Source: Syntrophomonadaceae bacterium (GTDB lineage Bacteria; Bacillota; Dethiobacteria; DTU022; UBA8154). Taken from it: a stretch of DNA of 46,716 bases. Positions 7,320-19,822 of the stretch are shown here, in pieces (position 1 is the stretch's first letter; the number at the start of each line of letters is the position of its first letter). Under the pieces are notes generated by a model. The model did not search any database. It was given only the letters and a program-made list of their open reading frames with translations, and was not told where the DNA came from. The position numbers and the translations under genes were made by a program. The stretch is taken from the NCBI GenBank assembly GCA_007131175.1, contig SLRC01000002.1:1-46716 (forward strand), read 5' to 3'.

Positions 7320-8279
7320 ATGAAGAGGAGTAAGGAGATAATCGGGGTGCCTGTTATCAGCATTTCAGCCGGAATACAGGTTGGGGTTGTTAAGGGGCTG
7401 GTTATAAATCCCCAGCAAAAAACTGTTGAATTTCTGCTGCTCAACGAAGAGGAAAACAGTAAAGGGATGAAAGGTATCCCCTTTCGCTACGCTGAAGGGG
7501 TTGGGGAATATGCCGTTACAGTGGAAAATGAAAGTGTGATGATGGAAATATCACGTATTGGAATCTTACAAGAACTACAGGAAAAAAATATTAACATTAT
7601 CGGCACTAAAGTTATTACCAGAAAAGGGAAGTACCTGGGCGATGCGAGCGAATATTCAATTGACATTGAGACTGGGATCCTTAAGGAAATTTATTACCAG
7701 GCCGATGATGAAAACGAATACAAAATTCCTGTTGAAAAAGTCATAACTCTGGGCACTGAAGTACTTGTAGTGGAAGTGATGGGGGCTGGTGAAGCCACTA
7801 CTTGTACTGAATCAGATCAAATAAATTTTAAAGGGGGAGATGAGAGATCATCCGGGATTCAGTGTATGGAACAAGTAATTTCTGAGCAACCTGATCCACC
7901 AAGGCCAGTAACGGAGCAAATTGAAGTTGTAACGCCTTTAGCTGGAATGTTTCAGGATATTCCAAATGAAAAGCCTGCTGCCCATGCTGTTAACCCTGCG
8001 GCCGAACAGCCTGATAAGGACACATTAAACCTCGAAGCAGGCCTCACTGAAAAGGAAATGCTGAGTTCCTCCACTCCCGGTGACCTGGATCCCGCAGACG
8101 TATTTATTCAGAGACAACGGCAGTTTTTGATCGGCAAAACCCTGCTTAAGGATCTTCAGTCAAAAGAAGGGGAGGTCATTGCCTGGGAAAATGAGTTGGT
8201 GACAGAGCACCTTTTTGACAAAGTTTACAAAATAGGAGCACAAAAGATAATGGAGCTGGCCATGTCTGTGAGGGAATAA
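7320..8279 (+). CDS. PRC-barrel domain protein
   Basis: Two PRC-barrel repeats (IIGVPVISISAGIQVGVV; IIGTKVITRKGKYLGD), an acidic linker and C-terminal FLIGKTLLKDL. Confidence 0.8.
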   Translation: MKRSKEIIGVPVISISAGIQVGVVKGLVINPQQKTVEFLLLNEEENSKGMKGIPFRYAEGVGEYAVTVENESVMMEISRIGILQELQEKNINIIGTKVITRKGKYLGDASEYSIDIETGILKEIYYQADDENEYKIPVEKVITLGTEVLVVEVMGAGEATTCTESDQINFKGGDERSSGIQCMEQVISEQPDPPRPVTEQIEVVTPLAGMFQDIPNEKPAAHAVNPAAEQPDKDTLNLEAGLTEKEMLSSSTPGDLDPADVFIQRQRQFLIGKTLLKDLQSKEGEVIAWENELVTEHLFDKVYKIGAQKIMELAMSVRE

Positions 8280-8548
8280 GATAAAAAAACGGAAAGAGAC
8301 CATTATGTACCCCTTTGCAGGTTTATCCTGTTAGGCCGGACTTTACTGTTGCACAATTGACCGATTTCAGTCAAATGACTGCTTTCGCCCGGACCGTTCT
8401 GAAAGGTATCGGTCAGGCCATTACATAATAATTTATTTGCCGCTGCGATGCTGAACGGACAATGTCTGGGACCGGATGAAATTCTTCCCGGTATTGGTGG
8501 TGGTGTCTGTAATACTTTAGGATTGGCAGTGGGGGGGGTGAGTGATTT

Positions 8549-10339
8549 TTGTTGACAAACGAAAGGGATGGCCAGATTGGTGTTGTTGAAGGAAAGATAA
8601 AAATCATTGCCCCCAAAGGGGGGGGTAAGGGGGCCGCACTATACCCTCCTGAAGAAGGGGGTGTAATTTATGTAAACGGGGTGGAACTGGAAAAACAAAT
8701 TACATGTGATTCCCAGGATATTGTTACCTTAGAACCCACCACCTATATGGAGGATGCCCGTTTGGAAGTAAAAATTTCCCCTGATGGACTTAATGCCCTG
8801 GCCGCTGTTTTTCCACGCAGAGTTGTTACATATCAACTAAAGGATACTCCCCTTTGTGCAAGCTTAAAGCCTCAATTGGAAAAAAGTGAGAAAGTGGAAA
8901 AACTGCTTACCCTGGAACAGGCTGAGCAGGAGTTGAGAAAACAGAACGTACTGCACGGGCTTAGCATGGCCGCCCTCAACGAGCTTGTTAAAACCGCTAA
9001 CGGCGAATTTAATACGGTCGCCTGGGGACTGGATAAACAGGAAGGCAAAAACGGACGCCTTGAGTTTGTTGTGAACCATGAAGTGGAAGTTATTAATTAT
9101 GAAGAGGAAAACACGAGGGCAGATTTTCGGGAAAAATATCGCTACCCGTCAGTAAAAAAAGGGGATGTGATCGCCATTCTCCACCCACCGGAGGAGGGAA
9201 AGCCCGGGCAGCGGGTAACGGGTGAAGTGATTGTTCCCAAACCTGTAAAAGCTGCCAAGGTCCGGTGTGGAGAAGGAACGGAGTTTGCCGATAATAATAA
9301 AGATATTGTTGCACTGAAAGACGGCCGTATGATTGTTGCGGGTTATCATATTAAGGTTGTTAACCTGCTTGTTCATAAGGGCGATGTGAACATGGAAAGT
9401 GGCAACATCCGCTTTAACGGGGATGTTCGTATTTTTGGAAATGTGACGGAAGGGATGATCGTGGAAGCCAGCGGTTCATTGATTGTAGATAACAATTGTT
9501 ATGGTGCTACCCTTAATGCCGGCAGCGGTATACACGTTGGCAAAAATGTGGTTAAGTGTGACGTACAGGGAGGAACATTTTTTGCCCTGCTGCGGGAAGT
9601 GCTGATTCTTGTCAATCAGCTCACGGAAGAGCTGGACGGGTTTATTGAAAACCTGAAGCAGATATTTAAGGGCCTGGCTGAGAAGGGGCAAAAGGTTGAT
9701 AATGCTTATCTGAAGCGTATTATCAAGATGCTTTTTGAAAAAAGCAACGGTTTGCGTGATACATTAATGCTCCTTGAGCGCCGCCTGGAGCAAAATAGCT
9801 TTTCTTACCTGGACCACACTAAAGAGGCCATAGAATCGCTGCAGGCCTTTTTTTCATTGGACATGGAAAAATGTAACCCCGACGAACTGATAAAGTCTTT
9901 AAAAATATTCAGAACCCTTTCCGAGGGATACCATGAAGAACTGAAAGAATTGCCTTTACTTAGTATTTCATATACACAGAACAGCAATATCCGGCACAGC
10001 GGCCATATTGAAATCACCGGGGCTGGGAGCTATTTCTCCAGTATGCATGCCGGGGGCGAAGTGAGGGTGCAGGGTGTTTTTCGCGGGGGCACTATTAAGG
10101 CGGAAAGCAATGTAAAAGTCAACGAATTTGTCTATATTTCCACTGCAGCAGAGAGTGGTGAAAAAAAGGACGCGATCAGGATTAAAGTTCCGGCACAATC
10201 TGCTATCCATTTCAACCTGGTCCATGAAGATACGACCGTCCAGGTTGGGAAGATGGTTTACCGTTTTGACAGGGAGTATTCAAAAATAAAAGTCAGCTTC
10301 GATCCTCAGGAAGGGTTGTTAAAATTAACCAACCTATAA
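8549..10339 (+). CDS. FapA/DUF342 family protein
   Basis: DFREKYRYPSVKKGDVIA, G..G..VTGE, GDVNMESGNIRFNGDVRIFGNV, a coiled-coil insert and beta-helix repeats. Confidence 0.85.
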   Translation: MLTNERDGQIGVVEGKIKIIAPKGGGKGAALYPPEEGGVIYVNGVELEKQITCDSQDIVTLEPTTYMEDARLEVKISPDGLNALAAVFPRRVVTYQLKDTPLCASLKPQLEKSEKVEKLLTLEQAEQELRKQNVLHGLSMAALNELVKTANGEFNTVAWGLDKQEGKNGRLEFVVNHEVEVINYEEENTRADFREKYRYPSVKKGDVIAILHPPEEGKPGQRVTGEVIVPKPVKAAKVRCGEGTEFADNNKDIVALKDGRMIVAGYHIKVVNLLVHKGDVNMESGNIRFNGDVRIFGNVTEGMIVEASGSLIVDNNCYGATLNAGSGIHVGKNVVKCDVQGGTFFALLREVLILVNQLTEELDGFIENLKQIFKGLAEKGQKVDNAYLKRIIKMLFEKSNGLRDTLMLLERRLEQNSFSYLDHTKEAIESLQAFFSLDMEKCNPDELIKSLKIFRTLSEGYHEELKELPLLSISYTQNSNIRHSGHIEITGAGSYFSSMHAGGEVRVQGVFRGGTIKAESNVKVNEFVYISTAAESGEKKDAIRIKVPAQSAIHFNLVHEDTTVQVGKMVYRFDREYSKIKVSFDPQEGLLKLTNL

Positions 10340-10389
10340 TTCCCCACTATTGTTGACAATGCATTTCCTTGGTATAAAAGATCTTAACA

Positions 10390-10418
10390 TTGACATGACA
10401 GGGAAGTTTCTGTACCAT
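10390..10418 (+). promoter_or_regulatory. SigA-type promoter of the Moco cluster
   Basis: TTGACA (10390-10395)-N17-TACCAT (10413-10418). Confidence 0.55.
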
Positions 10419-10456
10419 TAAACAGAAGATCTCTTTATTATGGGAGGCGATATGTA

Positions 10457-10624
10457 GTGGAAGAGGCAAAAAAAGCGATTAAAGAGCTGGCCCCCGAGGG
10501 AAAAATACCTTGCGTGATGGCATTTAAAGTAGCACGGGAGCACAACTGTTCACTGGAAGATGTGGGCAAACTCTGTAATGAACTTGATGTTAAGATTGTG
10601 AGCTGTCAGCTTGGCTGTTTCTAG
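10457..10624 (+). CDS. Small 55-aa Cys-rich protein ending CQLGCF (absent from ORF track)
   Basis: GGGAGG RBS, GTG start; MEEAKKAIKELAPEGKIPCVMAFKVAREHNCSLEDVGKLCNELDVKIVSCQLGCF*. Confidence 0.8.
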   Translation: MEEAKKAIKELAPEGKIPCVMAFKVAREHNCSLEDVGKLCNELDVKIVSCQLGCF

Positions 10625-10700
10625 TTTTGAGATCAACCAAGTGGTTTAATTTATTTGAACTTAAACTTCGCATTTTACTGTCTTTTGGAGTTGAGTTATT

Positions 10701-11954
10701 TTGCTTACAGTTTTGCCAGTTCACAGGGCTCAGCAAGTGATAGTTAAGTCCCTGGCATTAAAACCTGCCCGGGGTGAAACAGTGACGCTTCATCATGCTC
10801 CCGGGCGGATTACCGCCGGGGATATTTTTGCGCCGGAAGAACTTCCTTCTTTTCCCCGTTCTACGATGGACGGTTTTGCCGTGCGCAGCGCTGATACGTT
10901 CGGTGCCTCCGAAGGGCTTCCCGCTCTTCTTAACATTAAAGGAACCATTCTCATGGGAAAAGAACCTCCAGGATCTATTGCCCCCGGTGAAGCCATGTCC
11001 ATACCCACAGGTGGGGTGCTGCCCCAGGGAAGTGATAGCGTTGTAATGGTGGAATACTGCGAGCAACTTGGGGAAAGCGTGGCGGTGCTCCGCCCCGTTA
11101 CGCCACTGGAGAACACGATCCAGGCCGGGGATGATTACCAGTCCGGTGATTTGGTGCTGCCCGCGGGCCACTTGATCCGACCCCAGGATGGGGGTATTAT
11201 GGCAGCTCTGGGTCTTCTGAAAATAGAAGTTGTTGTTCGCCCCAGGGTGATCATATTTTCCACCGGGGATGAAATCATTCCTCCGGAAGAAACACCCCGG
11301 GCAGGCCAGGTTAGAGATGTAAACGGGTTTTTGCTGGGGTCACAGGTTCTTGAAAATGGCGGAGATGCTATTTTTGGCGGAATAATCTCAGATCGCAAAG
11401 AGGTGCTTCATAATGCTTTGCTGCAGGCCCTGCAAGAAGCGGATCTGGTGCTTGTTTCCGGGGGAAGCTCCGTGGGCACAAGAGATGTTGCCATCGAAGC
11501 CATTAATGCTCTCCCCGGTGAAGGGGTTTTGTTTCATGGGGTGTCTATGCGTCCAGGGAAACCCCTGCTCTACGGCATGAGTGAAGGAAAACCTGTGTTC
11601 GGCCTCTCCGGCAATCCAGTTTCAGCAATGTTTGGCTTTATCCTTTTTGTGAAGCCCGTGTTGCGTATGCTTTGTGGCATGCCTCCTTTTGCAGCTATTG
11701 TCCCCACTGTTGAAGCGGTTTTGGATACTAATATTGCTTCAAATGGAGGCAGGGAAGACTATATCAGGGTATCACTAAACACTGAGGGAAGTACAGGAAT
11801 CACTAACTGGGAAGGCAATGTGATACGTGCACGTCCTGTATTTGGTGGTCCGGGATTACTGCAAACGGTGGTTCAGGGAGATGGCTATTTTGTTATTCCC
11901 CGTGATGTGGAAGGGGTAGCTGCGGGAAGCATCGTCAAGGTATTGCTCTTCTAA
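10701..11954 (+). CDS. moeA: Molybdopterin molybdenumtransferase MoeA (Glp)
   Basis: PSFPRSTMDGFAV, IPTGG.LP.G.D.VVMVE, STGDE, SGGSSVG, MRPGKP, GNPVS. Confidence 0.93.
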   Translation: MLTVLPVHRAQQVIVKSLALKPARGETVTLHHAPGRITAGDIFAPEELPSFPRSTMDGFAVRSADTFGASEGLPALLNIKGTILMGKEPPGSIAPGEAMSIPTGGVLPQGSDSVVMVEYCEQLGESVAVLRPVTPLENTIQAGDDYQSGDLVLPAGHLIRPQDGGIMAALGLLKIEVVVRPRVIIFSTGDEIIPPEETPRAGQVRDVNGFLLGSQVLENGGDAIFGGIISDRKEVLHNALLQALQEADLVLVSGGSSVGTRDVAIEAINALPGEGVLFHGVSMRPGKPLLYGMSEGKPVFGLSGNPVSAMFGFILFVKPVLRMLCGMPPFAAIVPTVEAVLDTNIASNGGREDYIRVSLNTEGSTGITNWEGNVIRARPVFGGPGLLQTVVQGDGYFVIPRDVEGVAAGSIVKVLLF

Positions 11955-12043
11955 AGACATTAGAGGGTAATTATAATAACAGTCCAAAGTCATAATTAAT
12001 GATTAATAATTGTGCCCTGACTTATTTATCGGAGGCTGGTGTT

Positions 12044-13957
12044 TTGGAAAGAAAAATATATCTGAACAATCTTCCCCTGGAACGGGCCAGAGAAATATTT
12101 TGGGATACCGCCCTTAAGCGGGAAATGGCGATGGTGGAATTGGACACACGTCTTGCTGCCGGAAGAGTAACAGCAGAGCCAGTATTTGCCCGCATTTCCT
12201 CGCCCCATTATCATGCCTCAGCAATGGATGGGATAGCAGTTAAAGCTGCAGATACTTTTGGGGCCGTACCCACTGCACCACGAAGGTTAATGCTCTCGCA
12301 AAATGCCTTCCCCGTAGATACAGGTGGTGCATTGCCTCCCCAGTGCGATGCTGTAGTGATGATCGAAAATGTTACTTTTCCCGATAGTAATAACCCCCAG
12401 CTAATTGAGATAAGGGAGGCGGTTGCGCCCTGGCAGCATGTCCGGTCTATTGGCGAGGATGTGGTTGCAGCGGAGATGATCATCCCCTCATATCATTTAA
12501 TCCGGCCTTTTGATTTGGGTGCACTGCTAAGCGGTGGAATATTTCAGCTTAAAGTTTTAAAAAAACCACTGGTCAGTCTTATCCCCACCGGTTCGGAAAT
12601 CATTCCTCCGGGAAGGATTCCTAACAGCGGGGAAATCATTGAATCCAATACATACACATCTGCCGCTGCCATAGAGCAGTGGGGTGGAGATGTTACCCGC
12701 CAGGCGGTAGTTTGGGATGAGGTCCATCTGTTGGAGAAGGCCGTCTCACGGGCTGTGCGTTTTAGCGATTTGGTCCTGATCAGTGCCGGTTCTTCCGCCG
12801 GTCGTCGTGACCATACTTTCCATGTTCTTGATCGGCTGGGAGAGGTCCTTGCACATGGAGTGGCCATACGTCCTGGTAAGCCGGTTGTTTTGGCAGTGGT
12901 TGACGGAGTGCCTGTTGTGGGCTTGCCCGGTTACCCGGTTGCTGCATATACAGTGCTCGAACTGTTCATCCGGCCCCTGTTATATGCCTGGCAGAAGCAA
13001 CCTATTCCTCCCCGGGAGGTGTTGCATGCCAGGAGTTCGCGCCGCATTCTCTCTTCCTTAAAAGAAGAAGAATACTTGCGCCTGAAAGTGGGAAAAGTGA
13101 ACAACAACTTTATTGCCACACCGCTTGCCCGGGGCGCCGGAGTGAGTATGTCCCTGGTCCGTGCCGATGGGCTGGCTTCCATACTCCAGGATCAGGAAGG
13201 AGTGGAGGCAGGTGATAATTTAGTCGTTAGCCTCTGGCGCACCCTCAGGGAGATTGAAAATACCATTGTTTGCCTGGGAAGTCACGATTTAAGCTTAGAT
13301 ATTCTTTACGACTTTTTAAAAAGGAGCGATTCGCCATATACTCTATCCTCCGCCCATGTGGGCAGTATGGGAGGAATCATGGCCCTGCAACGGGAAGAAA
13401 CCCACATTGCCGGACTCCATCTCCTTGATCCGGAAAGTGGCAGTTACAATATTCCCTACCTGAAGCGTTACCTTCCACAAAAAGAAATTCGCCTTGTGCA
13501 TCTTGCCCGCCGCGAACTTGGTTTGATTGTCAAACCTGGAAATCCCCGCAATATTAATAGCATTGCGGACTTGACCAGGGAGGGAATAATCATTGTTAAT
13601 CGCCAGAAAGGGGCTGGCACCAGGGTTTTTCTCGATTACTCTCTTGCAGGCGAAAATATCGACCCGAATAGAATTCAAGGTTATGACCGTGAAGAATTCA
13701 ACCATCTTGCCGTGTCGGCAGCAGTAAAAGCGGGGAACGCAGATGCGGGCCTGGGTATCAGGGCTGCCGCTTCCACCCTGGGGATGGATTTTATTCCCCT
13801 TGCCTGGGAAGATTACGATCTTGCCATTGCTGCTGCGTTTTATGAAACTGAACAATATAATACCCTGATTGAAGTCATTTCCTCCCCGGCCTTTCGGGCG
13901 GCGGTGGAGAAGATGGGCGGCTATAATCTAAAGGAAAGCGGGAAGATAGTAAAATAG
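12044..13957 (+). CDS. MoeA fused to a PBP/LysR-type substrate-binding domain
   Basis: SAMDGIAV, PTGSE, RPGKP, LPGYP, then GSHD...HVGSMGG...NRQKGAGTR domain; TTG 12044 behind GGAGG. Confidence 0.9.
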   Translation: MERKIYLNNLPLERAREIFWDTALKREMAMVELDTRLAAGRVTAEPVFARISSPHYHASAMDGIAVKAADTFGAVPTAPRRLMLSQNAFPVDTGGALPPQCDAVVMIENVTFPDSNNPQLIEIREAVAPWQHVRSIGEDVVAAEMIIPSYHLIRPFDLGALLSGGIFQLKVLKKPLVSLIPTGSEIIPPGRIPNSGEIIESNTYTSAAAIEQWGGDVTRQAVVWDEVHLLEKAVSRAVRFSDLVLISAGSSAGRRDHTFHVLDRLGEVLAHGVAIRPGKPVVLAVVDGVPVVGLPGYPVAAYTVLELFIRPLLYAWQKQPIPPREVLHARSSRRILSSLKEEEYLRLKVGKVNNNFIATPLARGAGVSMSLVRADGLASILQDQEGVEAGDNLVVSLWRTLREIENTIVCLGSHDLSLDILYDFLKRSDSPYTLSSAHVGSMGGIMALQREETHIAGLHLLDPESGSYNIPYLKRYLPQKEIRLVHLARRELGLIVKPGNPRNINSIADLTREGIIIVNRQKGAGTRVFLDYSLAGENIDPNRIQGYDREEFNHLAVSAAVKAGNADAGLGIRAAASTLGMDFIPLAWEDYDLAIAAAFYETEQYNTLIEVISSPAFRAAVEKMGGYNLKESGKIVK

Positions 13958-13988
13958 GCATTATCTTTTTTTGCCAGGAGGTGTATTT

Positions 13989-14504
13989 ATGGTACACGAG
14001 CATACCCAACCTGCAAACTTAAGGTTTGCGGTATTAACTGCCAGCGACCGCAGTTCATCGGGTGAGCGGGAAGATATTAGCGGTGTGGAAATAGGAAGAA
14101 TTTGCGGGGAAGCCGGTTGGGAACTGGTTTCTCATACAATTGTTGCCGATGACAAGGAAATGTTGAAAAAAGAAATGATCAGGCTGTGTGATATCTTGCA
14201 GGTAGGCCTGGTTATTACCACAGGGGGAACAGGCCTTGCTCCGCGTGACTTTACACCTGATGCCACTCTCGAAGTTATTGAAAAACTCGTTCCCGGCATG
14301 GCCGAAGCCATGCGCCTGGAAAGCCTTAAAAAAACACCCCACGCCATGCTTTCCCGCGCAATCTGCGGTATAAGGGGAAAAACACTTATTGTTAATCTTC
14401 CGGGCAGTCCAAAAGCCGTGCGTGAATGTCTTGAAGTGATTATTGCGGCTATTCCACATGCTGTTGCCCTGCTAGGTGGCGGTGTTTCCGATTGTGCAAG
14501 GTAA
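13989..14504 (+). CDS. mog: Molybdopterin adenylyltransferase MogA/MoaB
   Basis: VLTASDR, TTGGTGLAPRDFTPDAT, LSRA, NLPGSPKA. Confidence 0.9.
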   Translation: MVHEHTQPANLRFAVLTASDRSSSGEREDISGVEIGRICGEAGWELVSHTIVADDKEMLKKEMIRLCDILQVGLVITTGGTGLAPRDFTPDATLEVIEKLVPGMAEAMRLESLKKTPHAMLSRAICGIRGKTLIVNLPGSPKAVRECLEVIIAAIPHAVALLGGGVSDCAR

Positions 14505-14802
14505 GAATACCGGCACTTTCGCCACTGCAAGGGGCTGGTTTGCTGCCTGCTCAAAAAATACCACCCTGGTAAACAACTCCTTCTCTAACCTGGTATTTTA
14601 TTTTATACTGCTGGAAGGCTATTCCGAATACTGACCCTGTTTTAGATTGCTCTGTTTCCCAGTGTATATTTTTCTGTGCCATGGGAAAAATATGTTGTGC
14701 TCCAAACTTAGTAAAATTAAGTAATTTGGAGAAATAAAGGGAATTAATCTATTTAAACAGTGCTAACATCCAAATATGGTTTAAATTCACTTGTTGTTCG
14801 AT

Positions 14803-14831
14803 TTGCCTTTGCCTTGAGTGAGCGGTAATAT
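14803..14831 (+). promoter_or_regulatory. Putative SigA promoter of groESL
   Basis: TTGCCT-N17-TAATAT just upstream of CIRCE. Confidence 0.45.
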
Positions 14832-14845
14832 TAACTACAGATTGA

Positions 14846-14872
14846 TTAGCACTCACTTGAAAAGAGTGCTAA
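14846..14872. promoter_or_regulatory. CIRCE element (HrcA operator)
   Basis: Perfect TTAGCACTC-N9-GAGTGCTAA upstream of groES. Confidence 0.97.
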
Positions 14873-14920
14873 CAAATAGGATGAATCTAAACAATAAACA
14901 TTAAAAGGAGGTTTTTGTTA

Positions 14921-15208
14921 ATGAAGCTAAAGCCCTTAGGTGACCGGTACATTGTAAAAGTATTGGAGAAAGAGGAAAAAACTGCAGGCGGCATCGTTAT
15001 TCCCGATAAGGCAAAGGAAAAGCCCCAGGAGGGGGAGGTTATGGCCGTAGGTACGGGAAAAACCCTCGATGACGGTACAAAGGTGCAAATGGAACTTAAG
15101 ACGGGAGACAAGGTTGTTTTCTCCAAGTATGCTGGCTCAGAAGTGAAAATTGACAGTGTGGAGTACCTGATCCTGCGTCAGGATGATATTCTGGCTGTTT
15201 ATAGTTAA
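14921..15208 (+). CDS. groES: Co-chaperonin GroES
   Basis: [34 protein letters not shown]. Confidence 0.98.
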   Translation: MKLKPLGDRYIVKVLEKEEKTAGGIVIPDKAKEKPQEGEVMAVGTGKTLDDGTKVQMELKTGDKVVFSKYAGSEVKIDSVEYLILRQDDILAVYS

Positions 15209-15297
15209 TGGCAAATAAGCTTTTGGCACGTGATTGTTAAATTTTAAATCTGCCTTGAGGCAGAAACTAACCTGAGAAATAAGGAGGTTTTACTTAA

Positions 15298-16950
<1,653 letters not shown>

Positions 16951-16964
16951 GCAAAACAGATAAT

Positions 16965-16997
16965 AAAAAAACCGGGAGAAAACCTCCCGGTTTTTTT
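16965..16997 (+). terminator. Rho-independent terminator (bidirectional-type)
   Basis: AAAAAAACCGGGAG-AAAAC-CTCCCGGTTTTTTT. Confidence 0.92.
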
Positions 16998-17081
16998 GTG
17001 AGATAAAAAGGAAATAGGCTGAGCCTTGACGAATTGTAAATACTCAGGTATTCGACAGATGGAAGGGAGCATAAGCAAGGG

Positions 17082-18620
17082 ATGAAAGCAGCAGAAAAAG
17101 TCGTTGTCCTTGACTTTGGCGGGCAGTACACCCAGCTGATTGCGCGACGGGTGCGGGAACTTAAGGTTTACTGTGAAATTTTGCCTTATAACATATCCTA
17201 TGAGGATTTGTGTGCAACTGAACCGTCCGCGCTAATATTTTCGGGAGGTTCAGCCAGCGTATATGAACCGGGGACGCCGCGCTGCGATCCCCGTTTTTAT
17301 GAACTTAATGTCCCTATCATGGGAATATGCTATGGCATGCAGCTCATGGCTGCAGATTTGGGTGGGGAAGTGAAAATTGGGAAGCATCAGGAATATGGGA
17401 AAACAAACCTCTTTGTTGCCGATGATCAGGATTTATTGGCCGGGGTTTCCAAAGAGTTTGTTGGCTGGATGAGCCATGGTGACCAGGTTGTGGCTGTGCC
17501 TCCCCAATTTAATGTAATTGCACGCAGTAATAATACGGCTGTTGCCGCAATGGCTGACCGGGCTCGTAAATATTTCGGCCTTCAATTTCATCCGGAAGTA
17601 ATACACACGCCACAGGGAAAGTTAATCCTGACCAACTTTTTACAGAACATTTGCGCTTTCAGCGGTGACTGGACGATGGAGAATTTTGTGGAAAGCAGTA
17701 CAGCAGAAATTAAAAGAATGCTTGACTCCCGGGAGCGTGTTGTTTGCGGCCTCAGCGGGGGAGTGGATTCAGCTGTGGCGGCGGCCTTGGTACACCGGGC
17801 TATCGGGGACCGGCTGGTATGTATTTTCGTGGACCACGGGCTTATGCGTAAGGGTGAGAAGGAAGCAGTTATGTCCACTTTTGGACGGGAGTTTAACATG
17901 AATCTTGTTGCCGTGGATGCGGGCCATGAATTCCTAACTTTGCTGCGTGGTGTTACGGATCCGGAAGCAAAAAGGAAGATTATCGGCAACCATTTTATCC
18001 GGGTTTTTGAAAGGGAAGCAGATAAGCTGGGGGATATTTCATATCTGGTACAGGGGACCCTTTACCCCGATGTAATTGAAAGTGGTACGGCCACTGCAGC
18101 AGTAATAAAATCGCATCACAATGTGGGAGGGCTTCCCGATGACATGCGCCTTGGCCTCATTGAGCCGTTAAAATTTCTTTTTAAAGATGAGGTGCGACAG
18201 GTGGGTTTGGAACTGGGCCTTCCGGAAGAGATAGTCTGGCGCCACCCCTTTCCCGGACCGGGGCTTGGTGTTAGGATCCTTGGCGAAGTTACCGCGGAAA
18301 AGGTTGCTGTCCTGCAGGAAGCTGACGCCATTGTCATTGAAGAGATTAAGGCTGCCGGCCTTTACCGGGAGATCTGGCAGGTATTTGCTGTTCTCCCCAA
18401 TATTCTCAGTGTGGGCGTAAAAGGTGACCGGCGTACTTATGCCCACACCATCGTGCTTCGTGCAGTTACCAGCCACGATGGGATGACGGCGGACTGGTAT
18501 CCCCTTCCCTACGAACTGTTGGGACGCATCTCCAGTCGCTTGGTTAATGAAATTCCCGAGATTAACCGTTTTGTTTACGATGTGACCTCCAAACCCCCGG
18601 GTACTATTGAATGGGAATAA
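17082..18620 (+). CDS. guaA: GMP synthase (glutamine-hydrolysing)
   Basis: [44 protein letters not shown]. Confidence 0.98.
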   Translation: MKAAEKVVVLDFGGQYTQLIARRVRELKVYCEILPYNISYEDLCATEPSALIFSGGSASVYEPGTPRCDPRFYELNVPIMGICYGMQLMAADLGGEVKIGKHQEYGKTNLFVADDQDLLAGVSKEFVGWMSHGDQVVAVPPQFNVIARSNNTAVAAMADRARKYFGLQFHPEVIHTPQGKLILTNFLQNICAFSGDWTMENFVESSTAEIKRMLDSRERVVCGLSGGVDSAVAAALVHRAIGDRLVCIFVDHGLMRKGEKEAVMSTFGREFNMNLVAVDAGHEFLTLLRGVTDPEAKRKIIGNHFIRVFEREADKLGDISYLVQGTLYPDVIESGTATAAVIKSHHNVGGLPDDMRLGLIEPLKFLFKDEVRQVGLELGLPEEIVWRHPFPGPGLGVRILGEVTAEKVAVLQEADAIVIEEIKAAGLYREIWQVFAVLPNILSVGVKGDRRTYAHTIVLRAVTSHDGMTADWYPLPYELLGRISSRLVNEIPEINRFVYDVTSKPPGTIEWE

Positions 18621-18641
18621 TCTGAAGAGGATACTCTACAA

Positions 18642-19820
18642 ATGCTGAACCTGATTTCTCTATTACCACCTTACCGTGTCGCCATTGTTGGTGGAGGACA
18701 ATTGGGCAAAATGATGACCGTCCCTGCAAAGCAGTTTGGCTTCTATGTGACTGTCCTCGACCCCACTCCAAGATCTCCCGCTTCACAGATCGCCGATCAC
18801 CAGATTGTTGCGGATTTTAACGACGGTGAAGCCATCTGTTCGCTGGCAACGGCGGCTGACGTAATTATTTACGAGTTTGAACACATTGATGTAAAGGCCC
18901 TATTGGCGCTGGAAGAACAGGGTTGCCTTCTGTTTCCCTCAGCGAAAATCCTGGCCGTGATTCAGGATAAACTCCAACAAAAACGAGCCATGGCCGAAGC
19001 GGGGATTCCCTTGCCCCCTTTTCAGGAAGTTTTCCGTATTGACCAGGTCAGGAAGGCGGCGCAAGTCTTTGGCTACCCGTTAATGCTGAAAGCCCGCAGC
19101 GGTGGCTATGATGGGAAGGGTAACTTCCTGGCTGCTAATGAACATGCCTGTGCTGAGGGTTTAAATGAGCTGGGAGGCACGGGTATCATGGCAGAACAGT
19201 TTATTTCATTTAGCTGTGAGGTTTCGATGGTTGTTGCTCGTGGCCGCTACGGTGAGATCAAGACCTTTCCCCTCAGTGAAAACGAACATGAGGATAGCAT
19301 TCTCCGCCGCAGCATTGTCCCCGCCAGGGTTCCCCATGAAGTTTCCAGACGGGCACAGGAAGTGGCTGAAGCGGTAATCTCCCTTTTCTCCGGTGTAGGA
19401 GTTTTCTGTGTAGAGATGTTTGTGACAAAAAGCGGAGATGTCTTGGTTAATGAAGTAGCACCCCGTCCCCATAACTCAGGTCATTATACAATAGAGGCCT
19501 GTGTTACGTCCCAGTTTGAACAACACATCAGGGCCACCTGCGGGCTGCCTTTGGGCGACACGACACAGCACAGCCCTGCTGTGATGGTTAATCTTTTGGG
19601 CGAAAAAGGGTACGAAGGCCCGGCCGTCCTTGAAGGGTGTGCCAAAGGGTTGGCCCTGCCAGGGGTACACCTGCACTTTTATGGAAAGCATAAAACAGTC
19701 CCAAAACGGAAAATGGGGCATTTTACTGTAACGGCAGACTCACTGGATGATGCTCTTGCCATTGCAACGGAAGCTGAGCAATATCTTAAGGTAATATCCC
19801 AAAAAGAGGGGGAAAGATAA
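18642..19820 (+). CDS. purK: N5-carboxyaminoimidazole ribonucleotide synthase
   Basis: [32 protein letters not shown]. Confidence 0.96.
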   Translation: MLNLISLLPPYRVAIVGGGQLGKMMTVPAKQFGFYVTVLDPTPRSPASQIADHQIVADFNDGEAICSLATAADVIIYEFEHIDVKALLALEEQGCLLFPSAKILAVIQDKLQQKRAMAEAGIPLPPFQEVFRIDQVRKAAQVFGYPLMLKARSGGYDGKGNFLAANEHACAEGLNELGGTGIMAEQFISFSCEVSMVVARGRYGEIKTFPLSENEHEDSILRRSIVPARVPHEVSRRAQEVAEAVISLFSGVGVFCVEMFVTKSGDVLVNEVAPRPHNSGHYTIEACVTSQFEQHIRATCGLPLGDTTQHSPAVMVNLLGEKGYEGPAVLEGCAKGLALPGVHLHFYGKHKTVPKRKMGHFTVTADSLDDALAIATEAEQYLKVISQKEGER

Positions 19821-19822
19821 AG

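Noticed and set aside
10353-10378. TTGACA...TATAAA promoter-like pair
   Set aside because: The spacer is only 14 nt; the 10390-10418 pair fits better.
14759-14766. Second CIRCE half-site (AGTGCTAA)
   Set aside because: No matching left arm 9 nt upstream.
16998-17081. Purine riboswitch upstream of guaA
   Set aside because: The region is too short and lacks the purine aptamer core.
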